A DNA stretch of 64,000 bases, taken from NCBI GenBank assembly GCA_963745235.1, contig CAVUXE010000099.1, positions 1 through 64,000 on the forward strand. Direction: 5' to 3'. This stretch comes from an uncultured Spirochaetota bacterium. Lineage in GTDB: Bacteria; Spirochaetota; Spirochaetia; SZUA-6; Fen-1364. Below are positions 62,092 to 64,000 of the stretch, piece after piece (within the stretch, counting starts at the first letter, position 1; each line of letters begins with the position of its first letter). A program made the position numbers and the translations under genes. The notes under the pieces are model-generated. The model was not told where the DNA came from, did not search any database, and saw only the letters and a program-made list of their open reading frames with translations.

Positions 62092-62857
62092 AGAAACCCG
62101 CAGACAGCGCCCAAGCCCCCCAACTCGGGCGTCCGTGATCGTAGTCGAAGAACCCGAAACAACGGATTTCCCTCGACGAGCTCTTCCCTGGCTTGCATCC
62201 CTGACCTTCCTTGCGGTCCTTCTGGCTGCCTCCACCGTGATCGTCTTCGACCGCACCGAGCTGCCGCTGCCGCCGGAGCCGGTCGAGGTGGTCCTGGGCG
62301 GTGCCTCCCTGGAGCAACTGCAGGACGACAGCGCTGGCTCTGCCGGGGGGCGCCTCTCACCATCTTCAGCGAGGCTGGCGCTTCCCGCCCCCGGGGGCAT
62401 TGTCGGGGCACGCCCCGGCCGTCCCGTTGTCTCTTCGGATGCCCCGCCTCGCATGCGGCCCATCGGCATCCCGGCCGGCGGTGGCGTTGACAGCATCCCT
62501 CAGCCCTCCGCCCAGGACGTTCTGTCCGACCTTCCCTCCGCTTCCTCTCCGGAGGCGCACTCGGATGGGCAGTTCGGCTGGGAGCAGGGCAAGCCGCGTA
62601 GAGTCCTCTCCCGCCAAGATCCGCAGTTTCCTCCCTTCCTTGGCGCCGCGGGCGTCGAGGTCGAATGCACGGCGCGCATCACCGTTTCCCCCATGGGAGC
62701 GGTGACTCGAGTGGAAATAACCCGTAGTTCAGGGTATACTGAAATAGATGCCAGCGTTGAGGCAGCCCTCCGTGAGTACCTATTCTCTCAGGTGGACGGG
62801 AGGAAAGACGAGGTTGGAACGGTAAGGTTCCGCTTCCGCCTGGAGAAGCCGAATTGA
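62081..62857 (+). CDS. TonB-family energy transducer
   Basis: TM, Pro-rich linker, TonB_C-like ITVSPMGAV..VEI..SSGY..IDASV..AL. Confidence 0.72.
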   Translation: MRAEETRRQRPSPPTRASVIVVEEPETTDFPRRALPWLASLTFLAVLLAASTVIVFDRTELPLPPEPVEVVLGGASLEQLQDDSAGSAGGRLSPSSARLALPAPGGIVGARPGRPVVSSDAPPRMRPIGIPAGGGVDSIPQPSAQDVLSDLPSASSPEAHSDGQFGWEQGKPRRVLSRQDPQFPPFLGAAGVEVECTARITVSPMGAVTRVEITRSSGYTEIDASVEAALREYLFSQVDGRKDEVGTVRFRFRLEKPN

Positions 62858-64000
62858 AGAAAGCGTTTGTCACCTTATTTGCCCTGGCGAGCCTCTGCGT
62901 CCTTCTGGGGCTGACAGTGATCCTGGGGTCCGCAATCAGCCGGGAAATGGCGCGGCGGATGGCGCAGCTGAAATCAGCAAGCATCAGCGAGCTGGAATCA
63001 GTCCTCGGACATACGGTGACCTACACCAGCATCTCTCCGTCCTTCCTCAACTACCTGGAAGTGCGTGACCTGACCATCCACGATTCTGCTGACACGGGCA
63101 ATGCCCTCCTCACGATCCACCGGCTTCGCATCTACTACAGCCTGGTTCACCTCCTGGCCACCGGCGACCCCGTGGGGTCGCTGCGCGAGATACGGATCCT
63201 GAATACGCGCTTCGCCCTCGACCTGCAGAAGGACACGACGGTGATCGATCTCCTGCAGAAGCTCACGGCAGTCGGAGGCGGTGAAAGCGGCCTTCACGCC
63301 CGCGTCACCGGCGCGGATGTCGACATCGTTCTCCAGACAGACGGAACCACCGTGACGATCTCCCACCTTTTCTTCCAGGTCGACACTGCGAGGGACGCGC
63401 TGGCTGTTTCTTTTCGGGGGAACTGTCATGGGGTCCTTGCGTCCGGGTTCGATTTCACTTCGGGAGTGGACGTTTCCGGAAAGGTCGATCGGGCGTTCAC
63501 GTGGTCCGACCTCACCGTACGCCTCCTGTCTTTCGACAGCTCCCTGTTTGCGCTGGAAAAGCAGACCTTGCAGGTTGTCTGGAAGGGAAGCCAGGTGCAG
63601 GTCCACAAGATAGAGGACAGGTCACCCATTGACCTGGGGGTGACGGCGGACCTCGACCAGCAGCAGCTGACGGTGAGCTTCCAGACCGACGGACTGCGCG
63701 CGGACCACCTGGTGCGGTTTTCCGGCGCCATGGAGAGATTCAACAACTGGCTGAAGGCACCGCTGACGGCGGCAGGTCATCTCACGTACGTATTTCCGAC
63801 CCACAGTCTCGCCTACCAGGCGGGTGTCTCGGTCTGGTTCCAGGATCAGCTCCCCATCCATGACCTGACCCTGGACTCCACGTTCTCCGGGACTGAAAAG
63901 GGCGCCTCGTTTTCCCCGCTGCGCATTTCCTCCCCCTCGGGAAGTCTCCAGTTCGACGGCAGCGTTCGATACGACACGTTCTATCCGGAAGGGATGCTCA
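62854..64000 (+). CDS. Large membrane-anchored AsmA/TamB-like protein, N-terminal part (runs off window)
   Basis: TTG at 62854, N-terminal TM, Y.SISPSFL.YLEVRDL.I, beta-rich; absent from ORF track, consistent with no stop before the window end. Confidence 0.55.
   Translation, partial: MKKAFVTLFALASLCVLLGLTVILGSAISREMARRMAQLKSASISELESVLGHTVTYTSISPSFLNYLEVRDLTIHDSADTGNALLTIHRLRIYYSLVHLLATGDPVGSLREIRILNTRFALDLQKDTTVIDLLQKLTAVGGGESGLHARVTGADVDIVLQTDGTTVTISHLFFQVDTARDALAVSFRGNCHGVLASGFDFTSGVDVSGKVDRAFTWSDLTVRLLSFDSSLFALEKQTLQVVWKGSQVQVHKIEDRSPIDLGVTADLDQQQLTVSFQTDGLRADHLVRFSGAMERFNNWLKAPLTAAGHLTYVFPTHSLAYQAGVSVWFQDQLPIHDLTLDSTFSGTEKGASFSPLRISSPSGSLQFDGSVRYDTFYPEGML

Overview
GC-rich bacterial chromosome segment, most likely Spirochaetota. 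That call is an inference from the smpB/FGE-lepB-lepB-hemW-yebC-ruvCAB-queA-tmk-tonB-tamB gene order, the spirochaete-type integrase remnant and the CHASE2/FecR clusters. Many genes, including ruvB, ruvC and queA, carry single-base frameshifts that look like long-read assembly errors, so split ORFs are merged below. Layout: 1-12.4 kb surface-glycan operon with two sugar kinase/pyrophosphorylase fusions; 12.4-15.8 kb mazEF-type and vapBC toxin-antitoxin modules; 15.8-31.7 kb GT2-GtrA, FtsX/LolA-like export cluster, OMP-FecR-lipoprotein-CHASE2 cyclase cluster, degenerate brnTA, fcl/gmd; 31.8-47.5 kb metacaspase, gpx, membrane methyltransferase pair, rodA, penicillin acylase, POTRA-less Omp85 plus a short secreted peptide; 47.6-51.2 kb decayed island at the tmRNA 3' end; then housekeeping genes. 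Most striking is a complete group II intron (14985-13040, minus strand). It is inserted directly after the AUG of an apparently leaderless antitoxin gene. Its EBS1 pairs with the start-codon context, and it ends non-canonically in AUG with a compensating gamma/gamma' C-G pair, so it regenerates the antitoxin start codon whether spliced or not.
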